Assembly: GCA_035193785.1 (NCBI GenBank)
Contig: CP136572.1
Coordinates: 2,388,578 to 2,452,577 of the forward strand
DNA: 64,000 nt
Source: Planktothrix sp. GU0601_MAG3
GTDB taxonomy: Bacteria > Cyanobacteriota > Cyanobacteriia > Cyanobacteriales > Microcoleaceae
Direction: 5' to 3'
Every line of letters starts with the position of its first letter. The first letter of the stretch is position 1. This document shows positions 8,508-20,386 of the stretch, in pieces. A program made the position numbers and the translations under genes. Below the pieces are notes generated by a model. That model was not told where the DNA came from. It ran no database searches and worked only from the letters and a program-made list of their open reading frames with translations.

Positions 8508-10095
8508 TTATAAAAATAGAATCGGGGATTGGAGATGAGAACTATAACTTCCCTGGATTTTGATGCTAGATTCGGCCAAACGTAAGGTTAAGGATAGACG
8601 AACTTTACCACTAATATTACAGATAGAAACGATGAATCAAATCATCGGTAAAAAAGATAAATTCCCCGGGTTTTAATATTACGGGTAGGGCGGATTTTTC
8701 GATTTCTGATTTCACTTCAAAAAAAGGATTTCCACTGAAGGGGTCATTCATTTTTACAGGACATGAATTATGATATTGTTTGGGCAAATATTCAAAACCA
8801 TTTCCGGCATTAACTTCGGTCAAGGCAATATAGACATGAATAGTTTTTCCAGTTTTGCTTAATAATTGGGGATATTGGTCTTGATGCCAAAGGGGAATTA
8901 ATTGTTTTGCGGGATAATTAGCCCATAATTCTGAACGCCAAAGAAAGGGGGATTCGCCTAAATATTCCCGGGCTTTTTCTAGTAAATAGGGATTTTTACA
9001 GAGTTCTAAAATTACGGGGGAATCTAGGTGTCTTTCCATATTAAATTGTCGTTTATATCCTTGAATTAACAGTAATATTAATGAGCCAAAATCCCCCTTT
9101 TTTATGAATTGATAACTATTAGAAAATAGCTGAATTGGAGAACGGGGTAAAACTGTAGTAAAAATATGTTTTTGAATGTCTTGTAGTTCGGTTTGGCTTA
9201 AATTTAAAGAATAGGGCCCCCAGATGCCATCCTCTGGATTATAAGTAGTTGGATTTTGGGAAATGGGGTTAGATAGTCCCGTCCAGAATAAACTTTTTTG
9301 CCATAATTCCTTGGCTAAATTATCATTTTTTGCCAGATTGGTTAAGGGCATGGGTTGAAAATTTCGGCTTAAAAATTCACCATTAATTAATTGATATTCG
9401 GGGTTATTCAAAAATTTAATAATATTACGACTAATGGTTTTAGGAGAGTTTCCAATATTTAAAAAACGGCTGAAACGATGGGATAGACTAATATTAGATT
9501 GAACAAAACCTGGATGCAAGGCATTAATTCTGACGCAGGTTTGATTTAATTCATTTTGCAGCAGATGTCGCATTAATAATAATAAACAAACCTTAGAATC
9601 AGCATATAATTTGAGGAAGTTAAAAGGGGTTTTTTGTATCCATAATTTCCAGCCTAGCTCCTTTGACCATAAGGCTATATCGGAGGCGATAAATAAAATT
9701 TGACTAGCTGTTGATGCTTTGAGTTTATCTAATAGTAAATAAGTTAGTAAAAAATGCCCTAAATAATTGGTTCCCCAAATTAATTCAAATCCTTCTTGAG
9801 TGGTTCCAGATTGATTAAAAATTCCAGCATTATTAATTAATATATTTAAAGGTAGTTGACGTTCTAAGAATAAATTAACACAGGTACGAATTGAATCTAA
9901 AGAGGCTAAATCTAAAGGTAAAAATTCAACTTTTCCTTGATTAGTTTGGGTTATAATATAATTAATAGCTTGCTGGGCTTTCTGTTGGGAACGACAGGCG
10001 ATAAAAACATGATTTCCCTGTTTTGCTAGTTCTAATGCCGTCATTAAACCGATTCCAGAACTTCCTCCTGTGACTAGACAAACTTGTTGTTTCAT
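8508..10095 (-). CDS. SDR oxidoreductase fused to a PhyH-like Fe(II)/2OG dioxygenase (apparent +1 frameshift near 8627)
   Basis: TGGSSGIG, NNAG, YADSK (SDR); WHQD and IH(RS) (PhyH); removing one base gives HRSICNISGKVRLSLTLR...stop at 8508. Confidence 0.8.
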
Positions 10096-10104
10096 ATTAA
10101 ATAT

Positions 10105-10284
10105 TATTCAATAATAATAACGGAGAGACGCGCCGTGGCACGTCTTTTTTATTCAATAATAATAACGGAGAGACGCGCCGTGGCACGTCTTTTTTATTCA
10201 ATGAAAATAACGGAGAGACGCGCCGTGGCACGTCTTTTTTATTCAATGAAAATAACGGAGAGACGCGCCGTGGCACGTCTCTAC
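10105..10284. repeat. Four tandem 45-bp units containing a REP-like palindrome
   Basis: ATTCAATRAWAATAACGGAGAGACGCGCCGTGGCACGTCT x4; last unit ends GTCTCTAC (GTAG on the minus strand). Confidence 0.9.
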
Positions 10285-10305
10285 ATTATGGGTTTAGGGT
10301 GGGTT

Positions 10306-11927
10306 CTATTCCCATTCAATGGTTTCCAGGGGGTTTAGAAGTAATATCATAAACCACTCGATTCACGCCCCGAACTTCATTCACAATCCGATTAGAAATC
10401 AGTTCTAATAAATCATAGGGAACCCGTGACCAATCGGCTGTCATTCCATCTTCACTACTAACAAATCGTAGGACAATTGGATAGGCATAGGTACGATGGT
10501 CTCCCATCACTCCCACACTTCGCACCGGAAGTAATACGGCAAATGCTTGCCAATAATCGTGATAAACCCCACGTCTATTAATTTCTTCTCGGACAATTAA
10601 ATCCGCATCTCGCAGAATATTTAACTTCTCGGCGGTAACTTCTCCTAATATCCGAATCGCTAAACCTGGGCCGGGAAAAGGATGACGTCGGACAATTTCT
10701 TCGGGTAAACCAATCGAACGTCCGACTTTTCTGACTTCATCTTTAAACAGTTTGCGCAGGGGTTCTACTAATTTAAACCGTAAATCTTTGGGTAATCCCC
10801 CCACATTATGATGGCTTTTAATTTTAACCGCCACCCGTTCCCCACTTTTGGGGTCAACATTGGTATCGGCGGACTCAATAACGTCAGGATATAATGTGCC
10901 TTGGGCTAAATAATCAAAGGGCCCTAAACGCACCGATTCTTCTTCAAAAACCCGAATAAATTCCGCACCAATTCGTTTGCGTTTTTCTTCCGGGTCGGTA
11001 ATTCCTTCGAGTTTTTTTAAGAATCGTTCCCGGGCGTTTACATACTCAACGGGAATGTGAAATTGTTCATGGAATAGTTTAACTAATCGTTCCGGTTCTA
11101 GCTTCCGCATAAACCCTTGGTCGATAAACATACAAGTTAACTTATCACCAATGGCACGGTGCAGTAAAAATGCTAAAGTTGAAGAATCAACACCACCAGA
11201 AAGGGCTAATAAAACCCGTTTATCCCCCACTTGGTTCCGAATTTCTCGAATAGATTCCTCTACAAAAGCTTCCGTTGTCCAAGTAGGATGACAGCGGCAA
11301 ATATGGTAAACAAAATTCCGAATTAGGGCTTGACCCCCAATAGAATGAACGACTTCGGGATGGAATTGTACCCCGTATAATTTTTGCTCGTGGTCAGCAA
11401 TTGCCGCACAGGGGGTATTCTCGGTATGGGCTAAAATCTCAAATCCATCGGGTAACTGGTTACAGGAGTCGGCGTGACTCATCCACATGGTCGCCCCCTG
11501 TTCCACATTGGTTAGCAGGTCGGTGGGGTCATCAATATGTAGGGAGGCTTTGCCGTATTCGGCCCGTTCAGCCCGTTCTACAGTACCTCCTAGCTGTTTG
11601 ACCATCAGTTGCATTCCATAGCAAACCCCTAAAACCGGAATTCCTAACTCCCAGAGTTTCGGGTCACATTCGGGCGCACCTTCATCATAGACGGAATTGG
11701 GGCCACCGGAGAGAATAATGCCCTTGGGGTCGAGTTCCTTGAGTTTTTCGGCGGTGGTTTCGGTAGGAAAGGACTTCGGAATAAACCTCGGTTTCCCGAA
11801 TGCGACGGGCGATTAACTCGGAATATTGGGAACCGAAATCGAGAATCGCAATCATCTGTCGGTTCAATTTTTCACCAGCAGTATCGGTATTTTCGGTTTG
11901 AGTTGGAGCTTGAGTCTGGGGAGACAT
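10306..11927 (-). CDS. guaA: GMP synthase (glutamine-hydrolysing); two apparent +1 frameshifts (~11759, ~10324)
   Basis: [47 protein letters not shown](TIEWE). Confidence 0.95.
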
Positions 11928-12004
11928 ATTGAGTTTAATGGGTTTTAATTTTAATTGTCAACCAAGTATAAACTTGATGCTTGTATCCGATTACGATCAC
12001 AAAT

Positions 12005-13159
12005 TTACTCTAAAATTATACCAGCATTTTCACTTTTAATGATAATTTTACGCTGGCGGTCGAACATTACCGAACCAACCTTGATATTTTTTTCACAATG
12101 GGTGTAAATATAGTTCTGGGATCGTTGATCAATTGTCTTTGCTATTTCTCCATATACCCGAATGACCCAATTTTCCCCTTTAATTGCATCTAATTCTCGC
12201 AAATATTGTAAAGCATCTTCAGCCGTTGAACAATTAAAAATTCTTTGTAGATCGAAGGTGGATAATCCTAAGTTAGCACAATAGGCAGTTAAAATTTCTA
12301 ATCGTCCATCGGCAATATGATGATGGGTATGGAAAATTCCTCCAGCTAATTTGATTAGTTTACCATGATAACCAAATAATAGGATTGATTTAACTTCCGC
12401 TAGGGCGGCACAGACTAACATCGGCCCTAACCAATTGGCAGTTTTAATCATTTGTTGGGGGGAAATCCCCATTCTTGCCGCTAATTCTAATCCATTTTCA
12501 CCAATACAAAATACCAAAGAATCAAATTTTTTGGCTTTTTCTTGGAGTTGAATTTTATATTGTTCTAATTGTTCGGGAACCGTTAAGGGTTGAGAAATTC
12601 CTGTGGTTCCCAGTAAAGATAATCCTTCAACTATTCCAAAAGCCGCGTTAGAGGTGCGGGTTGCTAGTCGTTTTCCTTGGGGTAAAATAAAGGTAATTAA
12701 AATAGATTTGTTAGGAGGTAATATTTTTTCAATATTGGCTAATAATAAAGTTTTAGCATAACGATAAATTGCTGTTTGTCCGGTCTTTTGATCATAGCCA
12801 ATTCCTTCTCCTCCCTTGATAAAAATAGTATCGGAAAGTTGATCGCCCCTAGCCCCCTGCTGGTAAGGGAGGGGTTCAGATGAACTATCCAACCATTCCA
12901 CCATCGCCCAAATCGGAGTATTTCGGGTTAAATCTAAGTTATCTCCAGGATCGGAACGAGTAATTGCTAAGGCAGAATTATCGGTTAAAATCGCTATTTG
13001 TTCAATAGGAATATTAGCGGTTTCCACCGGATCAATTAAATCAATAGATATCTGTTCAATAGACAGATTTATATTTTTTAAATATTCCAAAGCCGCCACC
13101 GCCGCCGCGCAGGCAAAAACCGGTAGAGTATATCCAGAACGAGGTTGATTTGTGGTCAT
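12005..13159 (-). CDS. cbiD: Cobalt-precorrin-5B C1-methyltransferase
   Basis: RSGYTLPVFACAAA, SDPGDNLDLT, SNAAFGIVEGLSLLGTTG, GYHGKLIKLAGGIFHTH. Confidence 0.92.
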   Translation of the reverse strand: MTTNQPRSGYTLPVFACAAAVAALEYLKNINLSIEQISIDLIDPVETANIPIEQIAILTDNSALAITRSDPGDNLDLTRNTPIWAMVEWLDSSSEPLPYQQGARGDQLSDTIFIKGGEGIGYDQKTGQTAIYRYAKTLLLANIEKILPPNKSILITFILPQGKRLATRTSNAAFGIVEGLSLLGTTGISQPLTVPEQLEQYKIQLQEKAKKFDSLVFCIGENGLELAARMGISPQQMIKTANWLGPMLVCAALAEVKSILLFGYHGKLIKLAGGIFHTHHHIADGRLEILTAYCANLGLSTFDLQRIFNCSTAEDALQYLRELDAIKGENWVIRVYGEIAKTIDQRSQNYIYTHCEKNIKVGSVMFDRQRKIIIKSENAGIILE

Positions 13160-13264
13160 ATTTTAGCGGTTAACTAGAGATATTAATATTTTAGACTATT
13201 TTGAGTAACTATCACCAGTAATCCGTTATCCTATAATTTAAACGAATTACCCTAGAAAACAATT

Positions 13265-14633
13265 ATGACTGACTTTAACTGGGATAACTTCTGTGCTGAA
13301 CTCTCAGCAATTGAAATGATTAAGGATCAAACCCAAGTTAAAAAACTATCCCAAGACTATTATCATTTTAGCCCAATTTTGCAACAGCAACTCCAGGATA
13401 AAATTGGAGATATTGTGGTATGTCCCGCAACGGAAGCCGAAATTTTGCTAGTGGCTAAAGTTTGTGTAAAATATAAAATTCCCCTCACGGTTTCGGGGGG
13501 CGGGAACGGGAAATTATGGACAGTGTATTCCCTTGGAAGGGGGGGTGATTTTAGATATCTCTAAATTGAATAATATTAAATGGATAAAACCCGGGTTAGC
13601 TTGTGTGGAACCGGGGGTAAAAATGGCAGCATTTGATAAACAAGCGAGGGAAATGGGCTGGGAATTACGCATGGTTCCTTCTACCTATCGAACCGCAACT
13701 ATTGGCGGATTTATTGAGGGAGGAAGCGGGGGAATTGGTTCGATTAATTATGGACAATTACGCGATCGCGGTAACTTACAAGCAGCACGAGTAGTAACTA
13801 TGGAAGATGAACCAAAAGTTATTCAATTAAGAGGAGATGAAGTACAAAAAGTCAATCATGCCTATGGGACAAATGGGATTATTATTGAGTTAGAAATACC
13901 CCTAGCACCCGCCTATCCTTGGACAGAAATAATTGTTACCTTTAATGATTTTATGACCTCGGCTCGATTTGGTCAAGATTTAGCTTTATCCGATGGCATA
14001 ATTAAAAAATTAATCTGCGTTTGTGCGTCTCCTATTCCCGCTTATTTTGGGGCTTTTAAAGATATAATTCCCGCCGGAAAACCCGCAGCTTTATTAATAG
14101 TATCGGAAACCAGTTTAGAACCTTTTCAAGAATTAGTTAAACAGTATAACGGTGAAATTTGTTATCAGAAATTATCCCAAGAAATGGGGAAAGGAACAAC
14201 AATAATAGAATATAGTTGGAACCATACTACCCTACACGCCCGCAGTGTTGATCCGTCTATTACCTATTTACAAACCCTCTTACCTGCGGATCGCAAATTA
14301 GAACTACTGGAACATCTCTATGATCATTTTGGGGATGAAGTTATGCAGCATTTAGAGTTTGTAAGACTACATGGAGAAATGCACCCCGCCTCCTTACAAT
14401 TAGTCCGATTTACCACGGAAGAAAGGTTAAATGAAATTATACGTTACCATGAAGAACGGGGCGCGGTAATTTTCAATCCCCATACCTATATTTTAGAGGA
14501 TGGAGGGATGAAAATGATTAACCTAGAACAATTACAATTTAAACAACAAGTTGACCCCTATGGGTTATTAAATCCAGGGAAAATGAAAGCTTGGTTAGAA
14601 ACGGGAAAAACATCTTTAACTAGCAACTCCTAG
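13265..14633 (+). CDS. FAD-binding oxidoreductase (GlcD/VAO-like); apparent +1 frameshift ~13492
   Basis: Two ORFs join to give TVRGAGTGNYGQ; ATIGGFIEGGSGG; C-terminal DPYGLLNPGK. Confidence 0.85.
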
Positions 14634-14707
14634 AAATCGGGTTTCTCAATCAAAAATGTTAATTTTATCCCATAAATCAGGGCTAGAAACCCGATTTCTG
14701 TTAGGAT

Positions 14708-15133
14708 TTATTCATCTTTAATTAAATCCAGTGCTTGCTTTAATATTTCTTCTTTGTTGGCTAATTTTTCTAATTCTTTAGCTTGATAAATTCCTTCCGA
14801 AACCTCTAAGGAAGCTTGATCAATAGCGTTGAGGTAAGCCTCTTCCAGAGTTTCTATTAACTCTTGATAATCGAGATAATATCCTCCAGATTTTCGGCGT
14901 TTGTTTTCCCGTTGAATTTCTCGAATTGAATTGCGAATTGAAACATCCCAAGACCGAGTTGTCCGTTTTTCAACTTGACGTTTAATTAAATGAATTAATA
15001 AAAATATAGAATAGCTACGAATGGTTTTAACAATATCTTTGCGACCCATTTCTTCCAATTCTTCAACAACAGCAAGGGAACCCGGAATATCCCCTTTTAA
15101 CAATAATTCCTTTAGGGTTAGGATTTCTTCCAT
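14708..15133 (-). CDS. DUF29 family protein
   Basis: EELEEMGRKD...LLIHLIK......RSWDVSIRN pattern. Confidence 0.8.
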   Translation of the reverse strand: MEEILTLKELLLKGDIPGSLAVVEELEEMGRKDIVKTIRSYSIFLLIHLIKRQVEKRTTRSWDVSIRNSIREIQRENKRRKSGGYYLDYQELIETLEEAYLNAIDQASLEVSEGIYQAKELEKLANKEEILKQALDLIKDE

Positions 15134-15203
15134 AATATCTGGAATTGATTAGGGTTAGTTTTATTATAACACAAATTTTATTTTATAATAACTTAAATCC
15201 GAG

Positions 15204-16739
15204 TTAATCTCTATTACATGGAGAATTTTCTGTATTGGTTACATTTGTATTTGTTACATTTGTATTTGTTTCTTCTCTATTTTTTTCTTTTGAAATAATT
15301 TTTGTAATTTGCCAAGTAATAAAACCTGTGATCGCTCCTATTACAATACTTAATAAACTTAATAAAGATGCTAGAATCCAAGGATCAACGGGTTTTTCCA
15401 GATAGGATAGGGTTAGGGGTTTTTCAATATATGCTGAGGTGATAGATGAAGCAATACCTCCTACACCTAAACCAACGCCTAACGTTGAAATAGTAAGCTC
15501 TAAAGATTGATCGCGTTTTGCTTCTTCTTTTTCATTTTTGCTTAATTCTATGGCATTTTTTTGATCAATTTCCGCTTGTTCAATTTCAACTAAACCGCGA
15601 ATAGTATTGATTAGTTGTTCTAGTAAATCTTGACCAGGGGATAAATAATTGAGATTAATCTCAATTTGGGTTTGATATTGTTTACAGGTGCGATCGCCAA
15701 ACTCTTGCCAAAATTTCACCTGATCTTCTGGGGTTAAAATCTTTCTAAGACAAGTTTTATAATTTGTGATATTAGTAGAAAGGGAGGTAGAAAGGGTTTT
15801 TAAATCGCGTAAAGAACGGCTATAATTCAGCAGATCAATAGGAATAGAATTGAGCATTTCTTTAAAGGTTTCAAGGCGAGTTTCTGGTTTTGCGATCGCC
15901 TGAGAAAATTCCTCTATTTTTTTCTCAATTTGGACGTATTGTTTTCGCGCCGTTTGGTTTGCTTGTTCAGCTTTGTGATAGATATATAAAATCTTATGGC
16001 GACAGCAGAGGGAATGAATTATCCAGTCGGAAATTTTTCCCACCTGTTCAATTGTATCAGCTTGATGGTTATTAATTGAAATCAGAATTTGACAGTTTTT
16101 TGCTGGATTTTGAGGTTCAGTTAAATTGATTAATTTATATTGAAATATATGACTTTTAAACAGTTTTCCTTGATGACAAAAAACAAGTTGATATTCATCT
16201 GTTAACAGGTTATTAGCGCAAAGATCGGCAATGTCTTTACATTCTTTACCATCGGTTGCTTCCGCTTCTCCATAAAGCCAGATGGTTTGTCCTAATGAAC
16301 CTTGAATGGAATTTGGTAATAAATGATTGAGTTCAAAATAGGTTAGATTTGTAGTATCAATGGAGGTAGAGAATGGTTCACAAAACAGCGTTAGATCGAC
16401 GGCGTAGGTATCGTTAAAACGGAATGGTTGAACATTTCCTCCTAGGGAAAATTGATCCTTTTTAATCGGATTAAACTCAATAATACCAGACCTTGCTAAA
16501 GATTCGGTTTGTTGTCCGTTTTCATTTTGGGGGATATAATTATTCCCCGCTTCGTCATAACAAATCAATTTTGTGCGTAATTCTTTTAATTCTGAAAAGG
16601 GTAAAAACTCACTCAGCTTGATTAAATTTTCCCACAATAAATTTGCATCTTTGTCAACTTGATCAGGCGCATTAGTCAAGGTATGGCGAAGATGAAAACT
16701 ATAGAGAGTTACGGTGAAATTTTTTAGGGAATTGTTCAC
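15204..16739 (-). CDS. Hypothetical protein with a long helical region and two C-terminal TM helices (CorA-like topology)
   Basis: 511-aa ORF; hydrophobic segments [19 protein letters not shown] and WILASLLSLLSIVIGAITGFITW; GTG start overlaps the upstream stop. Confidence 0.75.
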   Translation of the reverse strand: MNNSLKNFTVTLYSFHLRHTLTNAPDQVDKDANLLWENLIKLSEFLPFSELKELRTKLICYDEAGNNYIPQNENGQQTESLARSGIIEFNPIKKDQFSLGGNVQPFRFNDTYAVDLTLFCEPFSTSIDTTNLTYFELNHLLPNSIQGSLGQTIWLYGEAEATDGKECKDIADLCANNLLTDEYQLVFCHQGKLFKSHIFQYKLINLTEPQNPAKNCQILISINNHQADTIEQVGKISDWIIHSLCCRHKILYIYHKAEQANQTARKQYVQIEKKIEEFSQAIAKPETRLETFKEMLNSIPIDLLNYSRSLRDLKTLSTSLSTNITNYKTCLRKILTPEDQVKFWQEFGDRTCKQYQTQIEINLNYLSPGQDLLEQLINTIRGLVEIEQAEIDQKNAIELSKNEKEEAKRDQSLELTISTLGVGLGVGGIASSITSAYIEKPLTLSYLEKPVDPWILASLLSLLSIVIGAITGFITWQITKIISKEKNREETNTNVTNTNVTNTENSPCNRD

Positions 16740-17134
16740 GGTTGGGGGTTAGAATCTTGGGGATTTTTGGGTTTTGAGGAAGTTTCAGGGGGGACAATAG
16801 GGATAGAAAGTTTAATAATCGAGTTAATTAGTAGTTGGGAAGATGGGGTACTATTTGGATCTAGCGGACTTGAATATTTAGGATTACCAATAGCTAGATT
16901 TAGGTTTAAATTTAGTGAGGGTGAGGTTTCTTTGAGTCGCTGACGGTATTCCTGGTAAATCTGCTGACGACTTTCTAACTTTAACCACGCCTCAATCTTG
17001 TCAACAATATCTTCCTCATCGGTAGGAATATTATTAACCCACTGCTGTAAATCTTGCCAATCTGCAAGAGAGATTGAGTTGGGTTTTTCTATTAATTCAA
17101 TAAACACTAAAACACTATTTCGACAAACTGACAT
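16736..17134 (-). CDS. Small hypothetical protein in the CHAT operon
   Basis: 132-aa ORF starting 3 nt after the CHAT stop and overlapping the next gene by 4 nt. Confidence 0.75.
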   Translation of the reverse strand: MSVCRNSVLVFIELIEKPNSISLADWQDLQQWVNNIPTDEEDIVDKIEAWLKLESRQQIYQEYRQRLKETSPSLNLNLNLAIGNPKYSSPLDPNSTPSSQLLINSIIKLSIPIVPPETSSKPKNPQDSNPQP

Positions 17135-17137
17135 GGG

Positions 17138-20012
17138 TTACACTCCTTTACCAATTGCACAAAACGCCGCCCAATAATAGGGAGATTCAAAGGGTTGAAA
17201 CCTTGCCGATTTTTGGATTTCCTGTTCTTGGAAATATCTCTTTAATTGCCCCTGCCAAGCATCACTCAGGCGCGTGGTGGGTAGCCAGGTTTGAAACCCC
17301 TGAACGGTGGTATCCCTGAGCCAACATTGGGCAGTCTTGAGGGCTAATCCTATATTACCAAGGTTTTCAAGTTCTTGGTAGAATTTTAGCATTAAGATGG
17401 CCGTAGCAATAGCATTCACTGACCACAAACTACTGACAATATTCGTGGCCCCCGCTAAAATAAAGCCACTGGGTAAACCAATATACTCATCGCTGTTTTT
17501 GCTGAAGTCTGTTAACCCGGTTTCGCAGGCGGAAAGGGTGACGAGGCGACAGTTTTTTAACTCAAAATAGCGGATAATATCATCTAAGGTAAGGACAACC
17601 TCATCGGCTAATTCCAAACCTGAATCTAAGGGATTATTGGGATCAAACTTCCCATGACAGAAGAAAAAAGCACAGTGACTATTCCGCAATTTTTCATTGA
17701 TACTAACATTTTTTGTAGTGGCATCAATGTGTAAAATATCTGATTTTTTGGCTCCATCGTTTTTCAGAATATCCGATTGGAGAAATTGTTGTTTAATGGC
17801 ATTTACTGAACCTAAATCCAAATCTTTTAAATTTGGGTTCGGGGTTTGAACTGCAAATAAGTGATCAAATTCCGTGCAGTTTTGCTCTTGCACTTCCTTT
17901 AATAGTTGGTTACTGGGAGTATAGCGAACTCCTTGGGAAAAACAATCAAGAACAGTCGGATGGGGGGGAATGGGGTTGCCCTGGGGATGGAATTTTAACC
18001 AAGTTTCTGTGCTGACGGGTAAAGTATGGAGGGGGAACAGATGCAAATAGCGATGGGGAATCAGAATTAATTGATTAATTGATTTAGGAAGTTCTGAGAA
18101 TTTCCCTAAAATTTGATCAATCTGTAAAATCTTGGCTAAATCTTGCAGACGAGATGGGAGGCTATTTTGCCATTGTTCTTGTAATGCTTCTTCTTCTGAT
18201 TCGGTTTTTGCTTGCTCAGAGGCATAATAGGCGTTTAAATATTCATCTCTCCAATTTTGTAATTGTTCTAAATCGGTGGTAGTAAAAGTATAAATCAGGG
18301 GTTGGGAACGGTGACGGGTGATGATAAAGGCGCGAAAACAATCCCCGAAAATATACCATTGAAGAATAGCTGTGTGATCATCAATTAAATCTTGAATTTC
18401 TCCATATTGAATCGGTTTAAAAGGATACAGTTGATCGTAGCGTTGACGCAGTTCGTTAATTAGGGTGTAGTCCGGTTGGGAAGCAGCGGTTTGACGACGA
18501 TCTTCGTAATCAATTTCTTGCCGTAATCGTTCCAATTCGCTACGCACAACATCAGGAATTTTGCCCTTGGGATACAAGTCCCGAATCGCTAAAACTTCCA
18601 CCAGATTTTGGGCTTTGCTGCGTTCCACATATTCAATCGCTTTTTCATAGTGTTTCAGTTCGATGCAAACTTCTACCATCCTCCGATAAAGTTCATTCCA
18701 CTCCTCCGCTAATTTCTGTTTCGCTTCCTCCCCCGAAAAAATTTGACTGCGGAGAGTTTCTACCGTGTTGATGGCATCGGCAAAAGTGTCATAAGCTAAC
18801 TGCCATTGTTGACTGTCTTGATAAACCAGTCCTAAGTTAAAGGCGGTTTTCGCATGATCTTGGGGAAAAGCCTTGCGGGTATAAACAGACAATGCCTCGG
18901 TGTAACAAGCGATCGCCGTTTCAATATTCTGGGCTGTTTCCCCTTCGATGCGAACCTGGTAGGCAATACCGAGATTCATTTGTGTCCCCGCCCAATATTG
19001 GGGAAAAGCCTTGCGGGTATAAACAGACAATGCCTGGGTGTAACAAGCGATCGCGGTTTCAATATTCTGGGCTGTTTCCCCTTGGATGCGAACCTCGTAG
19101 GCACTACCGAGATTCATTTGTGTCCTAGCCCAATATTGGGGAAAAGCCTTGCGGGTTCTAACAGACAATGCCTCGGTGTAACAAGCGATGGCAGTTTCAA
19201 GATTCTGGGCTTTTTCTCCTTGGATGCGAACCTGGTAGGCATTACCGAGATTCATTTGTGTCCTCGCCCATTCTTGGGGAAAAGCCTTGCGGGTATAAAC
19301 AGACAATGCCTGGGTGTAACAAGCGATCGCGGTTTCAATATTCTGGGCTGTTTCCCCTTGGATGCGAAACCTGGTAGGCAATACCGAGATTCATTTGTGT
19401 CAGCGCCCAATCTTGGGGAAAAGCCTTGCGGGTATAAACAGACAATGCCTCGGTGTAACAAGTGATCGCATTTTCAATATTCTGGGCTGTTTCCCCTTGG
19501 ATACGACTCCTGTAGGCAATACCGAGATTCATTTGTGTCTTCGCCCAATTTTGGGGAAAATCCTTGGGGGTAAAAACAGACAATGCCTGGGTGTAACAAG
19601 CGATCGCTTTTTCAAGATTCTCGGCTTTTTCCCCTTGGATGCGATCGCTGTAGTTAATTCCTAAATTGTTTTGAATCATTGCCCAGCTTTGGGCGTAACT
19701 TTCCCTTGTGCAAACAGTTAAGGCTAATTTTAAACAAGTAATCGCAATTTCTATATTCAGGGCGCGGTTGCCCAGAGGAAACCCGGAAATTATAAGATTG
19801 AATGAATATAAAAGTGATGAAATTTGATAGGATTTGTCGGCGTCGGCGTCTTGCAGTTGTTCTGTTGCCCATTCTTGCAAGGTGAGAATAAAGGTTTGAT
19901 CTAATTGATCGCTATTTTCTAGGAGTAAGGGATAGACCGCTTCAGGATTCTTTTTATTTTTGGCAACTGCTTTTAGTATTTTGATTAATAGTTGTAAGTA
20001 GGCGTCGTTCAT
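17138..20012 (-). CDS. TPR-CHAT (caspase-like) protease; apparent +1 frameshift ~19367
   Basis: 40-aa TPR repeats; CHAT catalytic motifs FFCHG and LSACETG; SLWSV; YYWAAF. Confidence 0.9.
18855..19650 (-). repeat. 120-bp intragenic tandem repeats (about 6.5 units) encoding TPRs
   Basis: Recurring GGGAAAAGCCTTGCGGGTATAAACAGACAATGCC at 120-bp spacing. Confidence 0.9.
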
Positions 20013-20148
20013 GGTGAGGGCGGTTTGGGGTTGGGTCTGGCTGTTATTGATGATTATAGTAGATTTAAGTTGGAAAGGAACCACAAAGACACGAAGACAC
20101 GAAGGAAGGGAGAAGGATGATTAAGGGGGTATGGGTATTGTTATTCGT

Positions 20149-20299
20149 GTTAACTTAAGGCTAAAAGCCTTGAAATAAATTTCAGGCTCAAAGCTCAAAC
20201 CCGTTAAAACGGGTTAAGAAAAACCAGTTTTGAGTCATCTTTAGATGACTTTAGCTCTTAGCCCGAAATTTATTTCCGGGCTTTTGGCGTTAAGTTGAC
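20149..20299. mobile_element. ~150-bp MITE-like element with terminal inverted repeats and internal hairpins
   Basis: GTTAACTTAAGGCTAAAAGCC ... GGCTTTTGGCGTTAAGTTGAC; internal palindromes AACCCGTTAAAACGGGTT and AGTCATCTTTAGATGACT. Confidence 0.65.
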
Positions 20300-20386
20300 G
20301 GACTTTGGGATATTGTTCCCCCAACCCACCAAACCCGGTTTCTCTATTTTCCACTCCCAGTTGAATTGGATATAATTAAAAAATCT

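Noticed and set aside
10084..10338. 84-aa repetitive ORF or mini-CRISPR
   Set aside because: Translation of the 45-bp tandem repeat; the 'spacers' are near-identical
10306..11927. guaA and other split genes as true pseudogenes or programmed frameshifts
   Set aside because: All share one +1 GAAAC signature, with no in-frame stops or other decay where checked; best explained as sequencing error
18854..19664. Plus-strand repetitive ORFs
   Set aside because: Antisense shadows of the TPR repeats
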